From assembly GCF_009914755.1 (NCBI RefSeq), contig NC_060928.1: 64,000 bases of DNA. One strand, written 5' to 3'. Below are positions 13,641 through 27,811 of the stretch, piece by piece. Origin of the DNA: the human T2T-CHM13v2.0 reference genome, Homo sapiens. A model generated the notes under the pieces. The model searched no databases, had not been told where the DNA came from, and saw nothing but the letters and a program-made list of their open reading frames with translations. The translations under genes were made by a program, and so were the position numbers. Every line of letters begins with the position of its first letter. Position 1 is the stretch's first letter.

Positions 13641-16344
13641 TAAATTTCAGAAACAGTATATTATCAGCAAACCAAAAAATTAACAGAGATGAGATTTTCA
13701 CCATGCAGAAATTGATAAAAGAACTATAGCAAAAACATTCTGGCCATATATTCTAGAAGAAGATGGCTTAGCCTCTATTTCACTCACACTCTATCAAGAG
13801 TGACCTGGTGGTATTTATATCTCATAGACTCTAACACATAGTTCAACCGTTCCTGTCAGCCACTTGAAGTACAAGCCAGTTGAGCTATGTGCTAGGGTCT
13901 ACAAGATATAAATGCCACCAGGTCACTTCTTGATAGAGTCAGTTGAAACATAGACATTTATAAATGGAAACCAATAAATGATGTGAGTGAAATAGACGCT
14001 AAGCCAAGACTAGATGCTTGAATCAGGAAGCACTTATTTTGACAGTGAGCAGCTACACTACTGATCTGGAAGGGGGTTGTTCAATTACTTTGCCTCTGAG
14101 ATTTTCAGGAAAGGAGAGGCAGACTATCACTACTTTTATATTTATTCATGTAATAAAAGTTAAAAACTCTGTTGAGAGCACAAGCATCCTACACTCTACC
14201 AGATGAGACCATGGCAGAAACTATAACACAAATCTACCAAACCCTCTCTGACTTATATTTAACTATACTAATAATGTGTAATTTAATTTTTAAAAACTCA
14301 GGCAAAATGCTAAACTACATGGGACACCGGGATATAGGTAAATATCAGAAATGACGACTGTCTGCAGAAACCCAGGGTGTATGGCCATTTTATTCAATAA
14401 GTCTCCTGAGGATTCTCAGTTGCCAGGGTTTGTGTTACAGCTCAGTTCACATATTAAGGGTTTACAATTCATGTGTTTTTATTACTTTTACTTTGTTATG
14501 AAAATTGCCAAATTGGAACTAGGCAAGACTTTGGCAGGTGATCTCATCCATTGCCATAATTTTACCAAAAATGTTACAAAAGCACAAGCAGGATAAGTGA
14601 TGTGAAGTCCACAAGGATCATTCATGTCAGACCCATAATTACAACCTACAGCTTCAAAACCCCAGGCTTGTTCTCTCATTTCACCACCTTGATAGTTTAT
14701 GCTGAAACCATATTCTTCATTGGCTCCATACTGATGTGCCTTAGGAGCTTTGTTTCAGAGTACCCTGGATGGCTTTATGAAACTAAAGGTATTTATGAAA
14801 TGATTTTTTAATATATTTTTAATAACATTTAAGTTGTGCTTTTATAAAAGTAACACATTGAATCAGAAATAAAAGGTATCATTCAACCTGGTCAAACTCC
14901 TTCTTATGAAATGATTCCAGTGATAGAATTATTCCAGTGATTCAGTCAGCATCTTTTTTAGGAAGCATCTACTATTTCTAAACTTAGGTAGGAGACTGAG
15001 GGGTTTAGAGTGGGGCAGAGTATGAAATGTCCAAGTAGCTTATCTAGAATTGAAGAGTCAGAAGTGGGTGTAATTCAAGGTGATATATATACATCAGGTT
15101 ATAACATAACATAATTTTATGGGAAAACCAATTGGAGTAATATTAATTCTGACTGGAACATCAGGTAGAGAATCATGAAGAATGGGATATTTGAGCTTCC
15201 AAGTTGAAGTAATGGTAGGTAGGAATAACAGGAAAAAGGATAAAACATAGTTGCTAATGATGACTGCAGAATGACAATTGCCCTTATTTGTTAAGATGTT
15301 TCTTTAAGGCAATTAGTGAAGATTTTATAGAAAGGTATATTGGAGCCACATCATAAAGTTCCCCCAAAGTTATTCTAAAAGAGTAGACAAATTGACTGAA
15401 TGTCATTTAAACTACTGTGTAACAAATACTATATAGTGCAAAAGTAGCATCTTTGAAATGAGAAATATTTACTAAATTTTATATATGATTCACTGTATCA
15501 AAGTTCCCTGGATCAGTACTATAAAAGTGAAAAGGGAAATAAATCAGAATCATCAAAGGTTAGAAATAAAAGTAAGCAATGGTAAGCATTTGAAAGATTC
15601 CACCTAGTAGAATAGCAGCAGTTAGTGTGTCATGTGGAGCTGTTACAAGGCTTTCTCTCCAATGGTGAGACTTCTCTGGTGTTGGTTAGTGTTACCTCTG
15701 GAGCCTTTGCTGAGGCTGAGGGCTCCTGCCTGCCTAAGGCCAATGAATTGTATCTCATAGAGGCTTTTGATTAAACAAGTAGAGGTATACACAGAGGATA
15801 ATATGTTTTATACAAAATACAGTTTACTTGAATACCTATACCATGTATAAAAATTTAAATTCGAAGATAACAACTTCTTGTATTACAAATATACAATAAA
15901 GAATTAGGGCTTAGGTGAAAGAAAAAAATTATGAAATCATTTATATGTGATTTACACAAACAGTCAATATATATTATTTTTATATATTAATTGTGATCTA
16001 AATCTACACATAGATTTTTAAGCCTTGTTAATTTTCTAGAAATTACAAGAAATATTGATTTTATTCTCCTAGTTATGCTCTGAAATATACTGTTTTAGGG
16101 AAAAAAATTCCACAAAAAAATTTATTTCTCTTAAAAGCAAATAACAAATAAGGTAAAATTTTATTATTTAGTTATAGTAACAAATTCTCAGAGTAAATCA
16201 ACCAAAGAAAATTATAATTTAATTTAAATTAAATATAATTTAAAATAAGTATAAGACATATAAACATAACATAACTGTTTATAAGTTAAAATGTGCTAAC
16301 TTTTGAATTATTTCTATAAAGTGACAACTCAAATGAGTGGCTGT

Positions 16345-16923
16345 TATTCCGATGAGGTTTTCAGGTTTAGTATTTATACATTTTCTTAAAAATGGGGTTG
16401 GTGAGGGACACAGATAAGTAGAGGAGCAGGTAGTTAGTTGGATGAGTAGTTACATTCTTATGAGACTTTAATTAGTGACCAGTAAATCTTCATTTTACAT
16501 GAGATAAAGTGAATATCTGAAGAGACAAAGGGAGTAAAAGAAGAGTCAATTATGCAGCTATCTCTGGGTGAGTAGAAGAAAGAGTCTTGACTTTGTCCAA
16601 GAACTTGTCCTGGAAAGATAAGCTTATAATGACATTATCCATGTGGAATGGAACACACTTCAGTTTTAGGAACTAGACTTAGATTGTAGACTTAAAGTTA
16701 CAATTGGCATGCCCTTTTTTATAGGAGCCCGGCAAAGAACCTATAGATGAATGATCTGTAGAGGCAGTCCTCCACAGATGCCTGAGAGCTTTTACCTTTC
16801 CATGGGGATCTGGTTGAGGCAAAATGTTAGTAACAGCTATCCATTTGAAAGATGGTGTTGCAATGACCTTCTCCTTCCATAAGAAGTTCTAGCGGCCCTG
16901 AGATTTTTAAATTTTCTTTTACA
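16345..16923 (-). mobile_element. MER4-group ERV1 LTR (MER4B/C-like)
   Basis: Right end reverse-complements to tgtaaaagaaaatttaaaaatctcaggg; left boundary uncertain. Confidence 0.5.
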
Positions 16924-17164
16924 AAAGTTAAGTAAATATAGTTTCATAAATATTCATTATTTACCTTAAAATGTATTATATAAACTACCCACATAGTATA
17001 AGGCAATAATATACATATAAGAACAAATACAAAATAATGTTATATAAAATTATTAATGTAAATACAATATATAATTTAAATAGAGTATATTATTTATAAG
17101 ATATCATAAATGTAGTATTCCACATGCACCCATTCTGGGAGAATCTATGACAGAATATGCGTGC

Positions 17165-17235
17165 TGTATTAGGGTTCTCTAGAGGGCAGAACTAATAGGA
17201 TATATATATATCCTATTACTCATATATATATATCC

Positions 17236-17280
<45 letters not shown>

Positions 17281-17668
17281 TTTACTAAGTATTAACTCAC
17301 ATGATCACAACATCCCACATTAGGCTGTCTGTAAGCTGAGGAACAAGGAAAGCCAGTCTGAGTCCCAAAACTGAAGAACGTGGAGTCTGATATTTGAGGG
17401 CAGGAGGCGTCTTTCTCCCAAAGTGTGAGAAAGATGTAGGCTGGGAGGCTAGGTCACTCTAGTCTTCACATTTTTCTTTCTTCTTTGTATACTAGCTACG
17501 CTGGCAGCTGATTACATTGTGCCCACCCAGATTAAGGGTGGGTCTGCCATTCCCAGTCCACTGACTCAAATGTTAATCTCCTTTGGCAACACCCTCACAG
17601 AAACACCCAGAATCAGTACTTTGCATCCTTCAATCCAATCAGGTTGACACTCAGTTTTAATCATCACA
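17165..17668 (-). mobile_element. MLT2A1-like solo LTR (ERVL)
   Basis: tgtattagggttctctagaggg...(TA)n...gcatccttcaatccaatcaggttgacactcagttttaatcatcaca. Confidence 0.88.
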
Positions 17669-17741
17669 ATTACTGTTAATTATTTTTGGAGAATGCAATT
17701 AGTGGCAGGAAAAAAATTCATATGTAACTAAATTTTGACTA

Positions 17742-18486
17742 TGTAAACTAAAATTAAAATCCTAAGCCCCTCAGTTGACTGAATGGACCACTTCTTAGCC
17801 AGGGGAATCCAAGAAAAACCTTAAAAACTAAATTTCTAGCCATGAGAGGAAGGGAGGTCAGACATCCCTCATTATACCCCCTCCCTTTTGGGGTACAGGC
17901 ACAACTGACCAGGGTTAATATTAAAATAGAGATCATAAGACTGACAGAAGGGACTCTTTGTGGCAATACTGAATTATAAATAGGACCTAAGGCCATGCAA
18001 AGCAAAGGTTAAGTCACACCTTACAAACCATAAAATCGCATTAAATGGGTTTTTTAATTAACTCAGTATAATACAGCTTACTTTCTAACATGGCTCTGGT
18101 ATATTATCACATAACAGACAGCAAACTCCCTTACCTTAACTCAAGCATTCCTTTGAACTGATTTCAAGTCTTTAGACAAAGCTTCACTCTTTCTACGAAC
18201 TGTTAACGAATAAGAACCCCTACACCCATCTCTAATTTATAATCTCCTTGCTTTGAGATGTGCTATTATTTTCTGGCTGAACTAGAAACTTTCCATGTAT
18301 TGATTTATAATTTTACCAACAATTTCTGTCTCCCTAAAATGCATAAAACAAAACTGTAACCCCACCTCCTCAGGATGACTTACTCAAGGCTTCTTGGGTC
18401 TGTGTATTCTCTGGGCTGCAGTCACCCATTTTGGTTCACAACAAGCCCTTTAAAATATTTTACAGATTTTGTTTTTTCCATTAACA
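17742..18486 (+). mobile_element. MER4E-like ERV1 solo LTR
   Basis: tgtaaactaaaattaaaatcctaagcccctcagttgactgaatggacc...ttttttccattaaca; flanks acta and actg. Confidence 0.75.
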
Positions 18487-21400
18487 ACTGTAAGTTTTCT
18501 TAATGTTATGACAAGAATGAATTTTAGACATAACCCAATAATTAATTGTAATATCTAGATATGTATGAAGTTTTTGAAACTGTGTATATTTGCAGATTGA
18601 AAGCAACTCAACATGCAGAATAAATAAGAAACTTGTACCTCTAGCCCCAGGTCAGTAACTAATCTGTATCACTTAGGTGGTTTATCAGCTGCCAGATGAA
18701 AATTTAAGGAAATATTTACTAGTCACTAGTGCTGCCATGACATAAAAAAAAAAATCCAGAGAATTGTATAAAGTCGTTGCATATGCAATATGCTAAGAAA
18801 AGAAAAATAAATAAGTAAAACAAAAGACAATGGGGACTCCTATCACTCTCATAGGTAAAAAGCCACAGTCTCAGCTCACCAACACAGAATGCCACACCCA
18901 TACACACAATCCCACGGAAAATCTTAGGTCCCTACACACCTCACTGGTTCTAAGCTTTTGAACAGAGCCCTTTGGACTGAGTGTTGCATTACCAAAGAAA
19001 TAATTAGTTTACTGTGGAAATTATTGCTAGGCAGTTTTATTGCTCTAAAATTCTAGGAAGGAGTCAATCATCAGGTAAATCCAGAGAACAGGCTGTCTTC
19101 AGCCTTCCCTCAACTAAGCACTGAAATTAGTGGCATTACAATTATTCTGCAACAGAGATACAGAGATGATTTTCTATAGTTAATTGAAAACAAAGAAATG
19201 TTCTTGCTTTCTAGCTAATTCATTAGCTACATTTCTGCAGATAGTTGTGTTTTCTTTCTCCAAATAAGAATTGTGTTTTGTTTTGTTTTTTTCTGAAGTG
19301 CTTTATATGTTTCTGAGGTGACTGAATCTAGAAAATGCAGGTTTGTTTGTTTGGCTTTGCTTTTATTTTCCACCACAAACATTTTTTTAAAAGAAGAAAT
19401 GACTTTTTTAAACTTACATGCTTGTTTTTGGAGAGTCAATCCTTGTCTAAGTAATTTTACTTCTGTTACTTTGTTTCATATTTTCTACCATAATTAGCAA
19501 ATTTTATATATATATATATACACACACACATCTACAAGTATAATGTGTAATCAGGATAGTCACTGATACATGGGACCAAAAGCCTCCTTTATCAGAAAAT
19601 GCATATGCATTTTTTAGGCTTCTATGAAGAGATTTTCTTTTCTTTTTATTTCCTGCTGTTATTTGACTTACTGGCTGAGCCATGTGTCACTCTCTGAGCC
19701 TCTTTTTAATCTAATTTATTTCCAAAATCTTTAAGATTCTGAATTATACTTGTACTAGAAATGTAATTCTCAGCCAAACTGAAGTTACCTGTGTTGTTCT
19801 ACGGATAAGTGGATCAAATTATTGATAGAGATGTACAAATTTTAAGTCCAAGTGTTTCTCCCTGTCAGTTAAATTTTCCTGGATTCTGCTTCTGTTTATT
19901 TCAGTCTGCTGAAATAAATATAAAAATAAAACAATATACCTATACATATGTGGCCATAATCTGTTGCACGTGTTTTCTACCTATTTGAGCTATGATTTTA
20001 AGTACTTACAATGTCATATATCAATATTTTTATAAAATTGGATTTATGTAACAGTATGGAAAACATTTGTAAAGTCATATGTTAATAGCAAAAGAAAGGT
20101 ATAAAATGCTACATTTATACATGTGAAAATCTATATTTTAATGCCAAATAAAGAAAGGGATCATAAGAAGAAAAACAACAAATTTGGCAGTATTAGAATA
20201 TAAATAATTTATTTCCACTTTGTCATTGATATACTTCAAAATTAAAATATTTAAGCAACTGTAGTATTAGCAAGCTGTATTTTCTTTTCCAAAGAATCAT
20301 TTTCAACAATTTTTAAAAAATTCGTACTGGTAAACTATAGTTTAATGTAAATCAGTTGACTTAATGTATATTTGTTTTATATTTAAAGTAGAGAAATATT
20401 AGTAAAAATGGTGTCAATTCTAGGTCAACTCTCCTACTAAATATCAGAACGGGGGTTTTCTGTCACAAATATGCTAAAACTGATCTCTAAGTTTCTTTCC
20501 AATTCTCAGATATTATTATTTTAATATGTTATATATAAGCTATATAATATGTAAAATTAATCCATATTAATATGTTAATATATGTGTTACTTATAAAATC
20601 TGTTTAAATTAATAATATATATAAGTATAGATCTCAACATAATAAAAATTGCAAAAAATGCAGATGACACTAAAACTTCCTTGACTACTACTCAAACTCT
20701 ATCCTCCTGATGTTTACCTTCTGTAATATTGTTTACCCCTCCAAACATCTTATGTATTTTGTGCATAAACATACCAACATGTAAATTTATTATGTTATAT
20801 ATGGTTATCATTAAATTGAATTTTACTTTCTGGAAAGACAATTATGCATTTACAAAACTGAAAGAGAGTTTTAAACATTAAAGTAAAAGAGTGGTAGTAA
20901 TTTTATGTTGAGCACCTACAGAAGTTAGGAAATAGCACTGCTGCCTCTAGAATTAATGTAGTTTGTATTCACTTCCTCAAGCCTGAGATCAGGCAGTTTT
21001 TCTGGGACTCAGCCTCTCAGAGAAGGTTATCTTGATGTTAGAGTTTATAATGTCACAGCTGATGCCATCCAATGAAGTATAATATCCTTCTTGTGAGTAA
21101 CTCAGGGTTATGTGACAGATATAATTTTAAATAACCTCTTTTAAACACATATGCTATATATGCTTTAAATATTAATACAGAAATGAAACTGTAACCAGGG
21201 ACTGGACTACTGGATTCTAGGACACTGTTAAGTCAAAGGAAGATGCTTGAAGTATATATATATACTTTTTTTTTCCAGTTAGGTTGTTAGTATGTTTCAA
21301 GGATAAACTAAGGTCAGGTTCTAACCTGCATCACAGAAATGTTTATAAAAGCAAAGATTTCCAGTGAATCCAAAGTACAGAAAGACTTTTATTTCCCAAT

Positions 21401-23171
21401 CTGTGCAGTATTCCACCTAAGAGAAACTAATAAATACAGCAGAAAATTTTACAGAAATTCTAGTTCAGAACTTTATCTAGTTGACCAGAGACATAGTAAG
21501 GGGTCAATATGATATTAAGCTCAAGATCAAGCTAAAGATAAGAAGAGGAGTATTTGAAATTAATCTACCTAGGATCAGTGAACCTTGTCATTTTTTCTGC
21601 CTTTTTTTAAAACAGACCACATTATTTTTAATCCACTTTTCCTGTACTTAGAAAGGTACTGAAAATCAATACCTTTGGTGAGATGTGCAATACTATTACT
21701 TTGGAGTTGTGGTTTAATCACTCTATACCTCTGCATGTTGTTATGTTACTTTTAACTGGGTTTGACTGGTAATATTCTAGTACAAAAAGATACCTTGGTT
21801 CTACCTCCTAGCTCATATGAAGGCTAGACCATGTGGCCTAATCAGTAAAAATAATTAGTAAAAATTTATTTCTTCTTTCATAGGAAAGTTAAGGTAGACA
21901 ATGAAAAAGGCATCTATTATTGAAAAACAATTCAGCAGATTCATTTTTCTAATGAGGGAGCAATACATATACGTGTTCATTTTCAATATCTCCATTATTC
22001 AAAATGCCAGATTTTTTACTGTAAAGAGATGTAGAAAAGATAGAGAGTGGGTGCATTAAGCAAATGGGCTGGTAAAAAATATTAAGAAAATTAAAACGAA
22101 GAGACAAAAAAAGAGAAGAGAGAGGGAGAGGGAAGAAGGAAGAGGGGAGAAAGAGGAAGGGAGGGAGGTAGAAAGACACCTCAGAAAATTAAACCCTTTG
22201 TCTTAAGAATAACTACTGCTGGTTACCACTTTTTGAACTTGTCCAAGGGCAGAATTCATGCACAAAGGCCTTTAACATAAAAAAAGAATTATCCACCCTT
22301 GATTAGTTTTGTTGATGGTTGGGGACAACCTGGGTTTGTTCATCTTTTCAATATTTTACTCATCTATTTAAAAATATTTATTTAGAGCATTCTGTGTTTT
22401 AAATTACCTGCTGCGACCTGGGGATATTTTGGACAAAAAAGAAATCACTCCTGCTTTCATGGAATTATACAGGCTATCAGAGTTAGTAATCTAGGATTTA
22501 ACTAATCTGAGAATGATTAACCGTCAATGTTTAAAGCATAATGTTATTTTATATTACTAAATATTTTAATAAGGACTAATAATTGAAACCACAAGGTAGC
22601 TTGTTTCATGTATCAAAAAGATAATCTCTTTGTCTTTCTGTTCTGCTATCCTTTGGGAAAATTACATTAATCACATGATGATACCTGTAAGTAAGGCAAC
22701 TTTAATAGTAGAAGAAAGGAGAAATATAAGTGGCCAATAGTCAATGCTGGGTATGTGCATGTGTGTGTGTGTGTGTGTATGTGTTTTAAGTACGTTTTGG
22801 AATTTCCAATAAAACAAGTTTTCATTACAATTCATAGACTACGATGATGCAAAATGGCAACGTTCCTTGCAAAGGATGATAGCAGATACATTTTATTTTT
22901 TTAATTGGACATATTTTCTCTTCTTCTCTCTAATAAAATCTAATTTTCTTACAAAGCATAAACAATGCATAGTGAGTAAAGAATTAATAGTCTCTGAATA
23001 GCATAGAGGAATATATCTTAATTTGTTACACATGAGTGCAGATAGTTGGATGAGGGCAAAACTTAAATGGACAGAGTAGAGACCAGAAAGTCAGCTTGCT
23101 AGGGAAACAACTTGCTGAGATATGGGAACCTAAAATAAATAAAACTCTCCTCTGTCTTCTTTGAGATCCTG

Positions 23172-23247
23172 TATATATATATATATACACCTATATATAT
23201 GCGCATATATATATACACCTATATATATGCGCATATATATATACACC
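23172..23247. repeat. 28-bp tandem unit tatatatatgcgcatatatatatacacc x2 plus a partial copy
   Basis: Copies at 23192-23219 and 23220-23247. Confidence 0.85.
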
Positions 23248-23766
23248 CTCCCATCCAGACACATGCCTGATGTATTTGTTCATTGGACTATTTACCAAGA
23301 AACTGTTTTAAAGTAACCTTTGAAAACAGTATATGGCATACAGCTACCTTTCTCATAAGGAATCTGTAAAAAGTGCTACTGTGAGTACATTAGGTGTTCC
23401 ATTAATATTCTGATTTTAGAAAGAAAACAAAAGGGAAATACTTTCTAACCAATAGAATTTATGGCTTTAAGATATACTTAGCTGAGTTCTTTTACCAAAT
23501 CAAGTAACTGGGGAACAAAATAAGAAAGAGGTAAAAGGATGAAAAAAAATATGGAGTGTGATTATTGTCTGACATAGCTGAAAATGATGAAGACTCATTG
23601 TAGCTGATGCTTTGAGCATCTTTCCTGAGCAACAGATTGCTCATAAATAATGCAACACTTAGCATAATATTGGTTACCATCATTTTAGTTAAAAGATGCT
23701 AAAAGCTTATTAGATAACAGTCTATTTCTTGGCTTTGCCGGCTTGAGTCCCTAGAGACAGCACATA

Positions 23767-23800
23767 ACACTTGATCTCAGTCAACAGACCAAAAGGAAAT
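23767..23800 (-). pseudogene. Degraded U2 snRNA 5'-fragment retrocopy (first ~34 nt)
   Basis: acacttgatctcagtcaacagaccaaaaggaaat matches ACACTTGATCTTAGCCAAAAGGCCGAGAAGCGAT (reverse complement of U2 nt 1-34) at 25/34 positions, ungapped. Confidence 0.5.
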
Positions 23801-24069
23801 AGTCATGATATATTTGAAAACGTATTATAGATCTATGGCACATACTCAATTACCAGAAGACAGAATAACAAAACCCTAAATATATACTACTGAAGTTGAC
23901 TTTTGTATGAGAACAAAGACTACTAAGCTTATACTACATTTTTGAACCTTATTTGCTCATGTTCTTCAGTGAGCTCATCGTTTGCTACATGGCTCAATAA
24001 ATAAGCTGTAATTTTTTCTCATATGGTATAATCTTAAGAACAAATTTAGATGTTTCTAGTAAAATCTGA

Positions 24070-24365
24070 TATTTTTTATTTGTTTTTGATACAGAGTCTT
24101 GCTCTGTCACCCAGGCTGGAAGGCAGTGGTGCCATTTCAGCTCACTGTGGCCTCGATCTCCTGGGCTCCAGTGATCCTCCCACCTCAGCTTCCCAAGTAG
24201 CTGTGACTACAGATGCATACCACCACACCTGGTTAATTTTTGTATTTTTTGTAGATACAAGGTTTTGCTACATATCCCAGGCTTGTCTTGAACTCCTGAG
24301 GTCAATTTATCCACCTCTCTCTGCCAAAGTACTGAGATTACAGGTGTGAGCCACTGCACCTGGCC
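24070..24365 (-). mobile_element. AluJ
   Basis: Antisense dimer with J-type ctcctgggctccagtgatcctcccacctcag; ends gcacctggcc. Confidence 0.9.
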
Positions 24366-25004
24366 TTAAAATTGGATTTTTACACCATCATTAAGTTATT
24401 TATTAAGAACTACAAAATTAAAAAGTTTTACAGATAGGAAAATATCATTAAGCTTTTTTTTCTTTTTACAAAGAAAAAAAGTTTCATGAATTTGAAAAAT
24501 ATAGGTGACAAATTCCTGAGGAGGATGTATTACTTTTTTGCCTACAACAAAAGCTATTTTTAGGCATTATGTTTTTTTTTAAAGCTACAATTTGTTTTTT
24601 TCTAAATCTTCCAGAGTTTTAGCTGTGATTTTCTAAGTGATTTCTTTCTCACTTATCAAAATATGTGCACATTCCTTTACATTAGTTAAGATAAATGTGC
24701 TATATAAAAATGCTTTTGTTTCTACCCAACCCTTGAGTAGATGGAAGAGCAGAGATGGTATCAGAGCTGGAGCTGAATTTCTCAAGAAGAATAGATTGTC
24801 TTTTTCAGCTTCTAGACGCAGTGTGCACTTGCTTTGAATTGATTCACCAGAAGTACAATTAATTCCTAAGTGTAAGTCATCCTTTTTCTTTTACAATTCC
24901 CAACTAAAGGAGCAAACACACAGTATTATGCCTACTCTTCCTATGTCTAGCTTACCTGTCTAATGACACTTGGCTTCTGTTGACAAACAACAATAACAGC
25001 TGTA

Positions 25005-25160
25005 ATAATAGAAAGCTTAAGGAGCAATTTCTATGTCCCAGACATTGTTTGTTCTAAGCCCTTTATATCTATTCTCTCATTTAACTTTCCCATCAAACCT
25101 AGAAGGTAGGTATATATATTGTGTAGTTATTGTCCTATAGGAAACCAAGGCATCAAGACA
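25005..25160 (-). mobile_element. MIR fragment
   Basis: tatgtcccagacattg...tctcatttaactttccc...ggaaaccaaggca. Confidence 0.55.
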
Positions 25161-25314
25161 TTAAGCCAAATACAGACCAATTCAGTAAATATTCAAAATA
25201 AGTTTTTATTGTGCAAAACAATTACTACTTAGCATGTTGAGGCTTTAGAACTGAGCTAGAGCAAGCAACTACCCTTGAAACCAACAAAACATGGTGTAAG
25301 AAGTTGCACAGAGT

Positions 25315-25697
<383 letters not shown>

Positions 25698-25769
25698 TTA
25701 ACAGATGTATCATTAAAGTGATGAGACATATTAAATTTGCTATAAGAAGACTTTGAGTAATGAAGTCAC

Positions 25770-25900
25770 TGTTTAGCAAGAACTTATAGGACATGTGTTT
25801 AAATCCTGTCTCTGACAGTCACTTGTAATTTTAGGAATATTATTTAACATCTCTCAATCTCAGTTTCTTGTTATACTTTAAAGGGTATAATGAAGACTAA
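25770..25900 (+). mobile_element. MIR fragment
   Basis: tttaaatcctgtctctgac...tatttaacatctctcaatctcagtttctt. Confidence 0.55.
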
Positions 25901-27811
25901 TAGCTTAATGTATGAGTATTCTTATACTGGGAAAAGGTTATTAAAATTATTACATTTTATGCATTTTAATCATTTTTATGTCTCACATATGAGTTAAATA
26001 TTATCTCTATTTTACTTATGAAGAGTGGAATATGAAAGAAGTAATAAGTGCAAATAACACAAAAATAAATTGATGCCAAATTTCGAGATTTATTTACAAC
26101 CTAGAAAAGTCACAACAAGCATTTGCTGTATCACATTTCAGATTTCTACATTTTAAAGAATTCTAAGGAGATAGTTTTTCCGACATAACCGTAATAAACT
26201 ATGAGTTTTCTATCTATAGTTATCTCAAAAGGTAACTAATCCTATGACTTGTAGAAAACAATTTGCTAAATTTCTCTCCTTTTAAAAAACGATGTATTAA
26301 AGCACTTCCTTAAAGCACTATGCCTTTAAATGAGAATATTACAGTTTGGCTCTGCTATTATTTTTATAGATAATTCCTTCAAAAAGAACAGCATAAAGAG
26401 ATTTGATGAATTAAAGATTGATACCTTGCCCTATGAATAAAATTATAACATTCTATCAACTACATTTTGAAATGTTGAGTGTGATATTAGACAGCCACAG
26501 TTTACAATTCAGCCAAGTTTTCTACTACTGCTATATAAAGCCACACAAACTACCATAAACATTAAATCATTCCAGTCTTCACTAGAAAATTCAGGTCATA
26601 TATCCCCAAGTTGAGGAGACTAGAGAGATATTTTTAAAAATCTTACATAAGATTTTTTCTAAAAGCTTGAAAAATGTGTTGGCATCATTGTTTCATCAAA
26701 TAGCATCAAAACATCAGATGCTCTATCACTTTTTGAAAACAGTGGTTAAGTCCTTGATATTGATTCAATGGATGAGCTTTCTTAACATGAATTTGGCAAT
26801 CTGATTATTTCCACAGTCATGCTAGTTTAATTGCCTCAGGTAACAAATATGCCTTCTTCTATTTGATTTACATGTTCATGCCATGTAACAATCATGGCTA
26901 ACAATCTCCAATTCTTAAAACAAAACAAAAACATTCTTTTCCAATTTGATAAGGGAAAAGAAATAACACAGAGTATATTTCATATTGTTAGCCCTCAGTA
27001 TGACAACTAGAAATAAATCTCTTCTGTTAGCTAAATTTTAGGTCTTGTTATATAATGGATTAGGATTGGAAAGTGTGGGACTTGAAAGAACCTCAAAACT
27101 GGCTTGATTGACTTAAACTAGAAAGATCAAAGAGTCTGTCTGGAAAGAGAAGGAAAAAATGTGAATGGAAAAAAGGAAGGGACAGAGAGCTGGCAGAGAC
27201 TTAGTACTGGGGAAGTTGAGAAGAGAGACAGGAGACAGCATCATGATATTATGTATTAGTTGGACTTGGAAAAGAAAATTGGATAAGAAAAATACTTTAA
27301 AAGTATTGCTCACTATTATGGAAAGAAATTCACCTTTCAAGTTTCTTAATACAAATCAGTTAAGATGTATATCATTTTTCAATTAAGGGAAGGCATATTT
27401 TGGTATGCAAGACAGTAAGATGGGTTACCTGCAGAAACTGAAATTAAAGGTACTTGTCTATAACTTCTTCCAAAGAGGGAAAATATTAAGAAAAGTTTCT
27501 AATACATAGCAATGCAGTATTGTCAAAATGACAAGAAAATACTTAATGGGCCAGGGTCCAAAACCTGAGCATTTAGAAACACTGGCATTTTGGGTAATTT
27601 ATGAGAAAAAATGGGCATGGCAACTAAAGTTGCTCTTTCATAGTCACTTATTCCTCATATCTCTTCTGTCCCAACTGTAATCCCTCTTCTATCACTTTAG
27701 GCACACAACCTACATGTTCTTTTTCCTCAACCCAGGTAAAATCCATCGGTAATTTTTTTTTGTTTTTGTAAGTTACAAACTCATTCTACAGACACAAATT
27801 AAAAACACACT

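Noticed and set aside
19895-19918. 10-bp stem tttatttcag-tctg-ctgaaataaa
   Set aside because: A short AT-rich stem is expected by chance, and bacterial-type terminators are irrelevant here
24050-24349. 99-aa ORF (also 25374-25691 and 45326-45621)
   Set aside because: Typical antisense-Alu translation products
24809-24871. 63-nt exon-like segment (ttttcag|...|gtaagt)
   Set aside because: Stops in all three frames and weak exonic donor bases
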